A stretch of DNA of 64,000 bases from Mobula hypostoma (Eukaryota). Location: the NCBI RefSeq assembly GCF_963921235.1, contig NC_086109.1, forward strand, positions 28,212,001 to 28,276,000, written 5' to 3'. The notes beneath the pieces are model-generated. The model made no database searches, was not told the origin of the DNA, and saw only the letters and a list, made by a program, of their open reading frames with translations. How positions within the stretch are numbered: position 1 is the stretch's first letter; each line of letters opens with the position of its first letter. Of this stretch, positions 48,015 to 59,222 are shown piece by piece. A program made the position numbers and the translations under genes.

Positions 48015-50622
48015 ACAGAGTGGAGTAGTAGACACTTACAGCCCTTCAAGGAGCACCACCACAGCAACCCCCTGATAACCCTGAATTAATCCTTATAATC
48101 AATTTATAATGACTAATTAACCTACTCAATGTGTCTTTGGACTGTGGGAAGACATAGAACATAGAACATAGAATAGTACAGCACAGTACAGGCCCTTCGG
48201 CCCACAATGTTGTGCCGACCCTCAAACCCTGCCTCTCATATAAGCCCCCACCTTAAATTCCTCCATATACCTGTCTAGTAGTCTCTTAAATTTCACTGGT
48301 GTATCTGCCTCCACCACTGGCTCAGGCAGTGCATTCCACGCACCAACCACTCTCTGAGTGAAAAACCCTCCTCTAGTATCCCCCTTGGACCTCCCACCCC
48401 TTACCTTAAAGCCATGTCCTCTTGTATTGAGCAGTGCTGCCCTGGGGAAGAGGCACTGGCTATCCACTCTATCTATTCCTCTTATTATCTTGTACACCCC
48501 TATCATGTCTCCTCTCATCCTCCTTCTCCCCAAAGAGTAAAGCCCTAGCTCCCTTAATCTCTGATCATAATGCATACTTTCTAAACCAGGCAGCATCCTG
48601 GTAAATCTCCTCTGTACCCTTTCCAATGCTTCCATATCCTTCCTATAATGAGGTGACCAGAACTGGACACAATACTCCAAGTGTGGCCTAACCAGAGTTT
48701 TATAGAGCTGCATCATTACATCGCAACTCTTAAACTCGATCCCTCGACTTATGAAAGCTAACACCCCATAAGCTTTCTTAACTACCCTATCCACCTGTGA
48801 GGCAACTTTCAGGGATCTGTGGACATGTACCCCGAGATCCCTCTGCTCCTCCACACTACCAAGTATCCTGCCATTTACTTTGTACTCTGCCTTGGAGTTT
48901 GTCCTTCCAAAGCGTACCACCTCACACTTCTCCGGGTTGAACTCCATCTGCCACTTCTTAGCCCACTCCTGCATCCTATCAATGTCTCTCTGCAATCTTT
49001 GACAATCCTGTACACTATCTACAACACCACCAACCTTTGTGTCGTCTGCAAACTTGCCAACCCACCCTTCTACCCCAACATCCAGGTCGTTAATAAAAAT
49101 CACGAAAAGTAGAGGTCCCAGAACAGATCCTTGTGGGACACCACTAGTCACAATCCTCCAATCTGAATGTACTCCCTCCACCACCACCCTCTGCCTTCTG
49201 CAGCAAGCCAATTCTGAATCCACCTGGCCAAACTTCCCTGGATCCCATGCCTTCTAACTTTTTGAATAAGCCTACCATATGGAACCTTGTCAAATGCCTT
49301 ACTAAAATCCATATAGATCACATCCACTGCACTACCCTCATCTATATGCCTGGTCACCTCCTCAAAGAACTCTATCAGGCTTGTTAGACACGATCTGCCC
49401 TTCACAAAGCCATGCTGACTGTCCCTGATCAGACCATGAATCTCTAAATGCCTATAGATCCTATCTCTAAGAATCTTTTCCAACAGCTTTCCCACCACAG
49501 ACGTAAGGCTCACTGGTCTATAATTACCCGGACTATCCTTACTACCTTTTTGAACAAGGGGACAACATTCGCCTCCCTCCAATCCTCCGGTACCATTCCT
49601 GTGGACAACGAGGACATAAAGATCCTAGCCAGAGGCTCAGCAATCTCTTCTCTCGCCTCGTGAAGCAGCCTGGTGAATATTCCATCAAGCTCCAGGGACT
49701 TATCCGTCCTAATGTATTTTAGCAACTCCAACACCTCCTCTTCCTTAATATCAACATGCTCCAGAACATCAACCTCACCCATATTGTCCTCACCATCATC
49801 AAGTTCCCTTTCATTGGTGAATACCAAAGAGAAGTATTCATTGAGGACCTCGTTCACTTCCACAGCCTCCAGGCACATCTTCCCACCTTTATCTCTAATC
49901 GGTCCTACCTTCTCTCCTGTCATCCTTTTGTTCTTCACATAATTGAAGAATGCCTTGCGGTTTTCCTTTACCCTACTCACCAAGGCCTTCCCATGCGCCC
50001 TTCTTGCTCTTCTCAGCCCCTTCTTAAGCTCCTTTCTTGCTTCCCTATATTCCTCAATAGACCCATCTGATCCTTGCTTCTTAAACCTCATGTATGCTGC
50101 CTTCTTCCACCTGACTAGATTTACCACCTCACGTGTCACCCATGGTTCTTTCACCCTACCATTCTTTATCTTCCTCACCGGAACAAATTTATCCCTAACA
50201 TCCCGCAAGAGATCTCTAAACATCGACCACATGTCCAGAGTACATTTCCCTGCAAAAACATCACCCCAATTCACACCCACAAGTTCTAGCCTTATAGCCT
50301 CATAATTTGCCTCTCCCCAGTTAAAAATTTTCCAGTCCTCTCTGATTCTATCCTTTTCCATGATAATGCTAAAGACCAGGGAATGGTGGTCACTGTCCCC
50401 CAAATGCTCACCCACTGAGAGATCTGTGACCTGACCCGGTTCATTACCAAGTACTAGATCTAGTATGGCATTCCCCCGGTCGAAACCAGAGCACCTGGAG
50501 AAAACTCCATGCATTCCATGGGGAGGACATACAAATTCCTTACAGAGGATATCAGGATCAAACTCCAAACTTTGATGCCCCGAGCTGTAATAGTGTCATG
50601 CAAATCGCTATGCTACTGTGCA
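48015..50622 (-). mobile_element. V-SINE-like SINE split by the CR1 insertion (48015-48151 plus 50482-50622)
   Basis: gtctttggactgtggga | aaaccagagcacctggagaaaac joins into a contiguous SINE core. Confidence 0.7.
48152..50481 (-). mobile_element. CR1/HER1-type LINE, 5'-truncated (about 2.3 kb), ORF2 broken by two frameshifts
   Basis: ORFs 49510-50568, 49148-49582 and 48222-49223 tile ORF2; (TTCTATG)3 tail; very similar to 41652-44160. Confidence 0.95.
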
Positions 50623-50857
50623 TACATTTAAAGCTCTATTTTATGTCAATGACATAGCCAGACAAAATGGAAATGATTGAGTAACTTCTCTATTAAGCTG
50701 GCAGATCACACTATTTAAAGTGACAGAATGATAGAACATAATTTATGTATAACTATCTTCAACTCAATTCATTTTTCTGGAAAAGTGCTTCCATTGGGAG
50801 AGGTTGCTGTGGTATATCTTTTCTTCAAGCTTTAGATGAATTCTATTTTCTGACTAG

Positions 50858-51031
50858 GAACATAGAAATATAGAAAACCTGCAGCACAATATAGGCCCAC
50901 AATGCTGTGCCAAACATGTACTTACTTAGAAGTTACCTAAGGTTACCCATAGCCCTCTATTTTCCTAAGACCCATGTACCTGACCAGGTGTCTCTTAAAA
51001 GACCCTATCCTATCTGCCTCCACCGCTGTTG
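50858..51031 (-). mobile_element. CR1/HER1 tail fragment
   Basis: Homologous to 39834-39966. Confidence 0.8.
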
Positions 51032-51914
51032 ATTAAAGATTAAACAGGATTGGGAAAAAGAACTCCATTTGACTTTTATGACAGAGGATTGGATGCAGAT
51101 TTTGAAGTTGGTTAACTCTTCTTCAATTTGTGCTAGCCACTCATTGATCCAATTTACAATTGTACATCGTTATCATTTGACGAAGGAGAGACTTTCTAAA
51201 ATCTTTTCTAATGTTGATAGTTATTGTGATAGATGTAAAACTGAGATAGCTACACTGACACATATGTTTTGGTCTTGTTCTATATTGGAACAGTTCTGGA
51301 AGTCAGTTTTTTCAACAATTTCAAAAGCACTTAAAATTAACCTACAACCTAATAAATTAACTGTGCTTTTTGGAATAATTCCTCAAAATATTCATGATAT
51401 TTCTGTGTCTGACCAACATGTTATCGCATTTGTTACATTGATAGCTAGGAGGGCCATTTTGTTGAAGTGGAAGGATACATCAGCTCCCACATTGTCACAA
51501 TGGTTCTCTCAAGTGATGCTATGTCTTAGTTTGGAAAAAATTAGAAGTCGAACCTTTGAACCTTTATTTGATTTTGAGAAAAGATGGGGCTCATTTGTTC
51601 GTTATTATCATTTGAGCTAATTGATAGATTTTTTCCATGATCTAATTGTAAATTTTTTGGTATATTTTCTTTTCATGCTAGTGGTTTGATGTTTATTTTT
51701 AGAAGCTTTTTGTATGACGCATGGCTCCGGGGTTGTACACCTAATGGTTTTTTTTTTCACTCTTTTTCTGCTTAGTAGGTTTTTTTTGTTATTACAAATT
51801 CTTTCTCAATCTTTAAGATAATGTCTTTTTTGAGACATTGTAAGTGTTGTTACGTCAATGTACTCATGTTATTTCTTTTGTATAATATAACAATAAAAAG
51901 ATTTGAAAGGAAAG
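51032..51914 (+). mobile_element. L1-clade LINE 3' fragment (ORF2 C-terminal CCHC domain plus 3' UTR)
   Basis: ORF 51069-51620: IQF.IVHRYHLT..RL..I...CDRC......LTHMFWSC..L..FW...ARRAILLKWK; AATAAA at 51892-51897. Confidence 0.88.
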
Positions 51915-52186
51915 AGGACTTATACAAAAGTCTGATGGTTTTCAGAAGTGCGTCACTGCAGAATGGCCTTTCATCAGACCAATTATGATGGGTCAATGCA
52001 TACGCACTAATCTTCCAGTGCATGAAAGTATGTTGACACTTAAAAGAGCACACAAGGTCAAATTGGCTAAAGAGAAAGGGGAAAAAAAACCGAAACTGTT
52101 TCATGACAAGACTGCGAAAAGCCTCCCAGTTCTGAAGCTTGGAGATCAAGTGCAAATCAGAGATCATGGGTTTCGTCACATGGTCC

Positions 52187-53044
52187 TGTTACGTACCCCG
52201 TAACTGGGTTGCCAAACCAGCAGAAATGGATCACTCAGTTGGAGTCTGGAGTACTAGAACTAAGAAAGTTTTATTAAAGAAACAAGCAACACAGTAATCG
52301 AAAGGATAATAAATGCAACAGTTCAACAATGATAACCACACATGTGCACAGAATTAAGATAACAGCATCAATCAAGCTCTATCGTTGTCTAGGGGTAAAT
52401 GACCAAATTTCAAAATGACTCAAAGTTCAGTCCAGTTCAGTTCGCAGTAATCGTTGCCATGGCGATGGACAACGTGGGGGAAGAGAGAGATAGAACAGGA
52501 ACAACTGATCATTCAGAACACTGCTTCACTCACAGACCGGCGAGATTGCTCACAAGCAACTTTTGGGCGGGTCCTTGGTGATGTCACCTGAGGTCACCGA
52601 CTGTGACCCCTCCTCCAGATGCGGTCGATCCTCTGCAGTGAACCCGGCACCCAGGCAAGGGCGGACACACACCGGGTTCCTGCTGATCGTACCTTTCCAC
52701 CCTGGTCGTTGTCTGGTACTTCTCACCCACTCGTGAGAGGCGCACCGCTTCCAGGGTCTCGTTACCTCGGGTGGCGTGTGTGTGACCTGCCTTAGCGAAC
52801 CGGTCCCTTTTTATCCCCCTGCTGGGGTATCGCCTGTCCATCACTTCAAACAGTTCAGGGTTCAAAGAGGGGAGCCGCTCCAGACAGCTCTCTCTCCCCC
52901 GTTCCTTCATTACACATCTCCAGACGCTGCTCCATTGTTCCTTATCTCTCCTTCCCCTGAGGTCAGGTGGCAGACCAACTGCTGATGCCACTGATGCTAG
53001 CCCAGGCCAGCAAACATCTTAATTTTATGTGTATTCTCGTAACA
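52187..53044 (-). mobile_element. Solo LTR, copy 2 of the 1354 family
   Basis: TGTTACG...CGTAACA termini; 4-bp TSD GTCC (52183-52186 / 53045-53048). Confidence 0.92.
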
Positions 53045-53335
53045 GTCCATACAAGGATATGTGCAAGGGAAAGTTGCTCCACATTCTTACCAGATCCAGA
53101 CAGAGCGAGGAACACCTCTGAGAAAGAATGGTGTGGATCTATGACCACAACATCCAACCCATCGGTATGACGCGACACCTGTCAGTACACCAACTGGGCC
53201 AGCAGAGGTGAAAGATAAACCTGCTGTTCAGAGTTCCCAGAAAGATATTAATATTAACCCAGCAAATTAAAGCTATACATCTGTGGAGACAAATAGCAGA
53301 CTAAAAAGGATCATCAAACTACCTCAGAGACTGAA

Positions 53336-55609
53336 AACAACAGGAATTCTGCAGATGCTGGAAATTCAAGCAACACACATCAAAGTTGCTGGTGAATGCA
53401 GCAGGCCAAGCAGCATCTGTAGGAAGAGGTGCAGTCGACGTTTCAGGCCGAGACCCTTCGTCAGGACTAACTGAAGGAAGAGTGAGTAAGGGATTTGAAA
53501 GTTGGAGGGGGAGGGGGAGATCCAAAATGATAGGAGAAGACAGGAGGGGGAGGGATGGAGCCAAGAGCTGGACAGGTGATAGGCAAAAGGGATACGAGAG
53601 GATCATGGGACAGGAGGTCCGGGAAGAAAAACTGGGGGGGGGGGAGCCAGAGGATGGGCAAGAGGTATATTCAGAGGGACAGAGGGAGAAAAAGGAGAGT
53701 GAGAGAAAGAATGTGTGCATAAAAATGAGTAACAGATGGGCTACGAGGGGGAGGTGGGGCCTTAGTGGAAGTTAGAGAAGTCGATGTTCATGCCATCAGG
53801 TTGGAGGCTACCCAGACGGAATATAAGGTGTTGTTCCTCCAACCTGAGTGTGGCTTCATCTTTACAGTAGAGGAGGCTGTGGATAGACATGTCAGAATGG
53901 GAATGGGATGTGGAATTAAAATGTGTGGCCACTGGGAGATCCTGCTTTCTCTGGCGGACAGAGCATAGATGTTCAGCAAAGTGGTCTTCCAGTCTGCGTC
54001 GGGTCTCGCCAATATATAAAAGGCCACATCGGGAGCACCGGACGCAGTATATCACCCCAGTCGACCCACAGGTGAAGTGTTGCCTCACCTGGAAGGACTG
54101 TTTGGGGCCCTGAATGGTGGTAAGGGAGGAAGTGTAAGGGCATGTGTAACACTTGTTCCGCTTACGCGGATAAGTGCCAGGAGGGAGATCAGTGGGGAGG
54201 GATGGGGGGGACGAATGGACAAGGGAGTTGTGTAGGGAGCGATCCCTGCGGAATGCAGAGAGAGGCGGGGAGGGAAAGATGTGCTTAGTGGTGGGATCCC
54301 GTTGGAGGTGGCGGAAGTTACGGAGAATAATATGTTGGTCCTGGAGGCTGGTGGGGTGGTAGGTGAGGACCAGGGGAACCCTATTCCTAGTGAGGTGGCG
54401 GGAGGATGGAGTGAGAGCAGATGTACGTGAAATGGGGGAGATGCGTTTAAGAGCAGAGTTGATAGTGGAGGAAGGGAAGTCCCTTTCTTTAAAAAAGGAA
54501 GACATCTCCCTCGTCCTAGAATGAAAAGCCTCATCCTGAGAGCAGATGCGGCGGAGACGGAGGAATTGCGAGAAGGGGATGGCGTTTTTGCAAGAGACAG
54601 GGTGAGAAGAGGAATAGTCCAGATAGCTGTGAGACAAGAGACAGGGTGAGAAGAGGAATAGTCCAGATAGCTGTGAGGCAAGAGACAGGGTGAGAAGTGG
54701 AATAGTCCATATAGCTGTGAGTCAAGAGACAGGGTGAGAAGAGGAATAGTCCAGGTAGCTGTGAGACAAGAGACAGGGTGAGAAGAGGAATAGTCCAGAT
54801 AGCTGTGAGGCAAGAGACAGGGTGAGAAGTGGAATAGTCCATATAGCTGTGAGTCAAGAGACAGGGTGAGAAGAGGAATAGTCCAGATAGCTGTGAGGCA
54901 AGAGACAGGGTGAGAAGAGGAATAGTCCAGATAGCTGTGAGGCAAGAGACAGGGTGAGAAGAGGAATAGTCCAGATAGCTGTGAGACAAGAGACAGGGTG
55001 AGAAGAAGAATAGTCCAGATGGCTGTGAGGCAAGAGACAGGGTGAGAAGAGGAATAGTCCAGATAGCTGTGAGTCAAGAGACAGGGTGAGAAGAGGAATA
55101 GTCCATATAGCTGTGAGTCAAGAGACAGGGTGAGAAGAGGAATAGTCCAGATAGCTGTGAGGCAAGAGACAGGGTGAGAAGTGGAATAGTCCAGATAGCT
55201 GTGAGACAAGAGACAGGGTGAGAAGAGGAATAGTCCAGATAGCTGTGAGGCAAGAGACAGGGTGAGAAGAGGAATAGTCCAGATAGCTGTGAGTCAAGAG
55301 ACAGGGTGAGAAGAGGAATAGTCCAGATAGCTGTGAGGCAAGAGACAGGGTGAGAAGAGGAATAGTCCAGATAGCTGTGAGGCAAGAGACAGGGTGAGAA
55401 GAGGAATAGTCCAGATAGCTGTGAGACAAGAGACAGGGTGAGAAGAGGAATAGTCCAGATAGCTGTGAGGCAAGAGACAGGGTGAGAAGAGGAATAGTCC
55501 AGATAGCTGTGAGTCAAGAGACAGGGTGAGAAGAGGAATAGTCCAGATAGCTGTGAGGCAAGAGACAGGGTGAGAAGAGGAATAGTCCAGATTGCTGTGA
55601 GACAAGAGA
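53336..55609 (-). mobile_element. Penelope-like element, 5'-truncated, with a tandem array at its 5' junction
   Basis: ORF 53762-54637: SHSYLDYSSSHP..CKNAIPFSQFLRLRRICS (RT C-terminus) ... GVIYCVRCSRCGLLYIGET (GIY-YIG); 11-bp TSD cagagactgaa (53325-53335 / 55610-55620). Confidence 0.93.
53433..53468 (-). ncRNA. Minimal type-I hammerhead ribozyme (PLE-associated)
   Basis: Reverse complement reads agtc-CTGACGA-agggtctcggcct-GAAA-cGTC-gact. Confidence 0.82.
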
Positions 55610-55612
55610 CAG
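54591..55612. repeat. 44-bp minisatellite, 23 full units plus a 10-bp partial, derived from the PLE ORF
   Basis: Unit caagagacagggtgagaagaggaatagtccagatagctgtgag(a/g/t); no spacers. Confidence 0.97.
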
Positions 55613-56688
55613 AGACTGAATGAGAGTTTTTGAGTGAATAAAGGACTGTATTTGTTCATTGCAATTGAAGTTAATGTAAATATTTTTGTTGGAAAGCAAT
55701 AATATTTCTGGCAGGTTTATGAATACAATGTTTGTTTTTTTTTCTTTAAAGAGGGAAGATGTCTTGTTATGTGTGTATATAATAAAGAACTGCAGCTCCC
55801 AGTGTGCAATTTGGAACCAGAAGTGATGTTGGTAAGCTGGTCTGAAGTCATTTTCTGTAAATAATAATGTGTTAGTTTTACCCACACTGTTTGCCTTTAT
55901 TAAGAACAAACATAAAGTATATGCTGATATACAGTATATGTACTTCGATAATAAATTCACTTTGAACTTTGAACCTTGAACATCCAGAGATGGTTGGTGG
56001 TCCCGTTCTTATTGGTTCTGCACTGCACTGCACTGGTGTGGAAATTTTCACCAGAGCCCACAATGGATGGTTGGATGGAGGTGGAGAAAAATTTCATCAC
56101 AACACTTGTGTATGGCTAATGGAGTGGAATAAGACATTGGACATTTGATATTATACATGGGATGGTGGATGAAAATATTAAGACGGTGATTTATGTGAGG
56201 GAATATTCTGGGGTATGGAAATTTGCAGATAGGGAGACCGGGGCAATAGTCTGCAGTGATGGATGTTCAGGATATGAATGGCAGATTGGATGGTCAAGAA
56301 GTAACTGGAAGATAAGGACTAATTCCACAAGGTTGGAACCTATTATTGAAGTTGGAGTAATGCATTCTAATATACAGTGGTGCTAGAAAGTTTGTTAACC
56401 CTAAAACTAGATAAAGAGAACCCAATTAAATAAATAACATGAAAACATTATACTTGTTCTTTTATTTATTGAGAAAAATGATCTGATCTTACAAATTTTT
56501 GTTGGAAAATGTATGTGAACCTTTGGGGTAATGCCTTCTACAAAAGCTATTTGGAGTCAGGTGTTCCAATCATTGAGATGAGATTGGAGGTGTGGGTTGT
56601 AGAGGTGCTCTGCTCTAAAGAAAAGACACACAATGTCAGGTTACTGACTGAGCCTGTTCTTCTCAAAAAAGATCTGTTTATGTGCACC

Positions 56689-57227
56689 ATGCCTCGATCA
56701 AATCAACTTTCAGAGGACCTTAGAAGAAGATTGTAAAAATGCATGAAGCTGGAAAAGGCTTGAAAAGCATTTCTAAAGACCTGAGTGTTCATCAGTCCAC
56801 AGTAAGAGAAATTGCTACAAACAGAGGAAACTCAGTACTGTTGCTACTCTCACTAGGAGTAGGGATCCTGCAAGAGCATAATGTGTAATACTGAAGGAGG
56901 TGTGAAAGAACCAATGGTAACAGCAAAAGAACTGCAGTAATCTTGAGAACTTACTAAAGTCTCTGTTCATATGTCCACTATATAAAAAAACACTGGACCA
57001 GAAAGGTGTTCATGGAAGGGCACCACAGAAGAAACCACTGCTCTCAAAAAAAAACATTGTGCATGTCTCAAGTTTGCAAAAGACCACCTGGATGTTCCAC
57101 AGTGCTACGGGGACAATGTTCTGTGGACAGATGAGATGAAAGTTGAACTTTTTGGCAAAAATACATTTGCTATGTTTGGCAGAAAAAGGACAAAACGCAC
57201 CAACGCCAAAACCTCATCCAAACTGTG
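56689..57227 (+). pseudogene. Tc1 transposase N-terminal half (paired-like DBD to the first catalytic Asp), frameshifted
   Basis: Translation across frameshifts; ends at H..QNLIQTV. Confidence 0.8.
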
Positions 57228-58385
57228 TAGTGCCCCCACCCCACTCTACTTCACAATTCCCCATACTCCTTTCCCTCTCTCACCTTACCTCCTTTCCTGT
57301 CCAGTGCCTCCCTCTGGTGCTCCTCCCCCTTTTCTTTCTTCCATGGTCTTCTGTTCTGTCCTGTCAGACTTCCCCTTCTCCAGCCCTGTATCTCTTTCAC
57401 CAATAAACTTCACAGCTCTTTACTTCATCCCTCCCCCTCCCTGTTTCACCTAGCACCTTAAGTTTCTCTCTCCTCTCCCCCATCTTTTAAATCTATTCCT
57501 CATCTTTTTTTCTCCAGTTCTGCTGAGAGTCTCAACCCAAAACGTCGACTGTACTTTTTTCCATAGGTGCTGCCTGGCCTGCTGAGTTCCATAAGACCAT
57601 AAGACCATAAGACCATAAGACAAAGGAGCAGAAGTAGACCATTCGGCCCATCGAGTCTGCTCCGCCATTTTATCATGAGCTGATCCATTTTATCCTATTT
57701 AGTCCCACTGCCCCGCCTTCTCACCATAACCTTTGATGCCCTGGCTATTCAGATACCTATCAATCTCTGCCTTAAATACACCCAATGACTTGGCCTCCAC
57801 TGCTGTCCGTGGCAACAAATTCCATAGATTCACCACCCTCTGACTAAAAAAATGTTTTCGCATTTCTGTTCTGAAAGGGTGCCCTTCAATCCTGAAGTCA
57901 TGCCCTCTCGTACTAGACTCCCCCATCATGGGAAACAACTTTGCCACATCCACTCTGTCCATGCCTTTTAACATTCGAAATGTTTCTATGAGGTCTCCAC
58001 TCATTCTTCTAAACTCCAAGGAATACAGTCCAAGAGCGGACAAATGTTCCTCATATGTTAACCCTCTCATTCCCGGAATCATTCTAGTGAATCTTCTCTG
58101 TACCCTCTCCAACGTCAGCACATCCTTTCTTAAATAAGGAGACCAAAACTGCCCACAGTACTCCAAGTGAGGTCTCACCAGTGCCTTATAGAGCCTCAAC
58201 ATCACATCCCTGCTCCTATACTCTATTCCTCTAGAAATGAATGCCAACATTGCATTCGCCTTCTTCACTACCGACTCAACCTGGAGGTTAACTTTAAGGG
58301 AATCCTGTACGAGGACTCCCAAGTTCCTCCAGCATTTTGTGTGTGTTGCTTGGGTTTCCAATATTTGCAGATTTTCTCTTATTTG
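57228..58385 (+). mobile_element. PLE-tail-derived SINE inside the Tc1, itself split by a CR1
   Basis: Polypyrimidine UTR, decayed hammerhead cagttctgctgagagtctcaacccAAAACGTCGACT, gctgagttcc|tccagcattttgtgtg. Confidence 0.75.
57591..58321 (-). mobile_element. CR1/HER1 3' fragment
   Basis: (TCTTATG/GGTCTTA)n tail; LYKALVRPHLEYCGQFWSPYLRKD; flanked by agttcc / agttcc. Confidence 0.92.
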
Positions 58386-58884
58386 TGATGTGTAATATTG
58401 AATCATTTTTCTCAATAAATAAATGAACAAGTATAATATTTTTGTATTATTTATTTTATTGGGTTCTCTTTATCTAGTTTTAGGCCTTATGTGAGATCTG
58501 ATCATATTTTAGGTCATATTTATGCAGAAATAGGGAAAATTCTATTGGGTTTACAAACTTTCTAGCACCACTGTAAATACAAATTTACTGATTTACCAAA
58601 TAGCTGTCTAGTTGGTCTTGCATAAGGAAGACACGGTTGTCCTAGTGATACGCAATGATATTTGCTCCCAGGATAATGAGTTCCAAGTTCCCATGCAATG
58701 TTCCATTGGTACTGTTGCAAGGGAATTATGTCATAATGACGAAAAGATGCACGGAAATCTCAGTCAAATATTTAGAGTGACAAAATAGGGCCCTGTTGCA
58801 TTTCACATTATATGTAATTTCACTTCCATAACAATGAGGAAAGGAAAAAATGTATTCAATTGTACTTTTGTAGTCAGGGATTCA

Positions 58885-59222
58885 TAAAACGCAGAAACAA
58901 GCCCTCTGGCCCACTGAGTCCATGATACCAGTAAGCACTCCAGTTAGACCCACCCTATACTTATCCTCTTTTCCACTTAATTCTCCACGTATCTCTTTCA
59001 ACATACCCAGATTCAACCACCCTCCCCAACGCACTCAGAGAAATTTGTTGCAAACATCTCACCTATCTGAAGGTCTTTGGGGTGTGGGAAGAAATTGGAA
59101 GACCCAGGAAACCCATGCACTCACAATGAGAACGTGCAAGCTCCACACAGAAAGTAATAGAAGTTGAGATTGAACATGGGTCACTGGAGTAAGGAGGCAG
59201 CAGTTCCACCAACTGTACCATG
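58885..59222 (-). mobile_element. V-SINE/HE1-like SINE, degenerate
   Basis: gtctttggggtgtgggaagaaattggaa...aggaaacccatgcactcac core. Confidence 0.6.

Larger units (their letters stand above)
51915..55790 (+). mobile_element. Gypsy LTR-retrotransposon remnant (integrase C-terminus, PPT, start of 3' LTR), split by a solo LTR and a PLE
   Basis: DLYKSLMVFRSASLQNGLS..Q..MGQCIRTNLP...HDKTAKSLPVLKLGDQVQIRD | GKVAPHSYQIQTERG..LRKN | RIIKLPQRL|NESF*; PPT aaagagggaaga followed by TG at 55760. Confidence 0.75.
56375..58573 (+). mobile_element. IR/DR-type Tc1 transposon (Sleeping Beauty/Frog Prince-like), non-functional
   Basis: TA-flanked TIRs cagtggtgctagaaagtttgt / acaaactttctagcaccactg with long subterminal inverted repeats; transposase remnant MPRSNQLSEDLRRR..MHEAGKG.KSISKDL.VHQSTVREI...VLWTDE.KVELFG. 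Confidence 0.92.

Noticed and set aside
41652..50481. Segmental duplication of the CR1 region
   Set aside because: The two copies have different 5' truncation points, different host SINE copies and non-homologous outer flanks.
1354..53044. One giant LTR element bounded by the two similar LTRs
   Set aside because: Each LTR has its own different TSD, and there is no PBS or internal gag-pol in the expected arrangement.
54591..55612. CRISPR array
   Set aside because: Units are contiguous with no unique spacers, the repeat is PLE coding sequence, there are no cas genes, and the context is eukaryotic.
54085..55960. Repetitive ORFs of 100-374 aa as a novel repeat protein
   Set aside because: They are by-products of translating a 44-bp array through three frames. 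Most start at non-ATG codons and there is no gene structure.
57699..58430. 243-aa ORF as a fusion gene
   Set aside because: It is a CR1 ORF2 C-terminus with a fortuitous N-terminus read from a Tc1 inverted repeat and a SINE.
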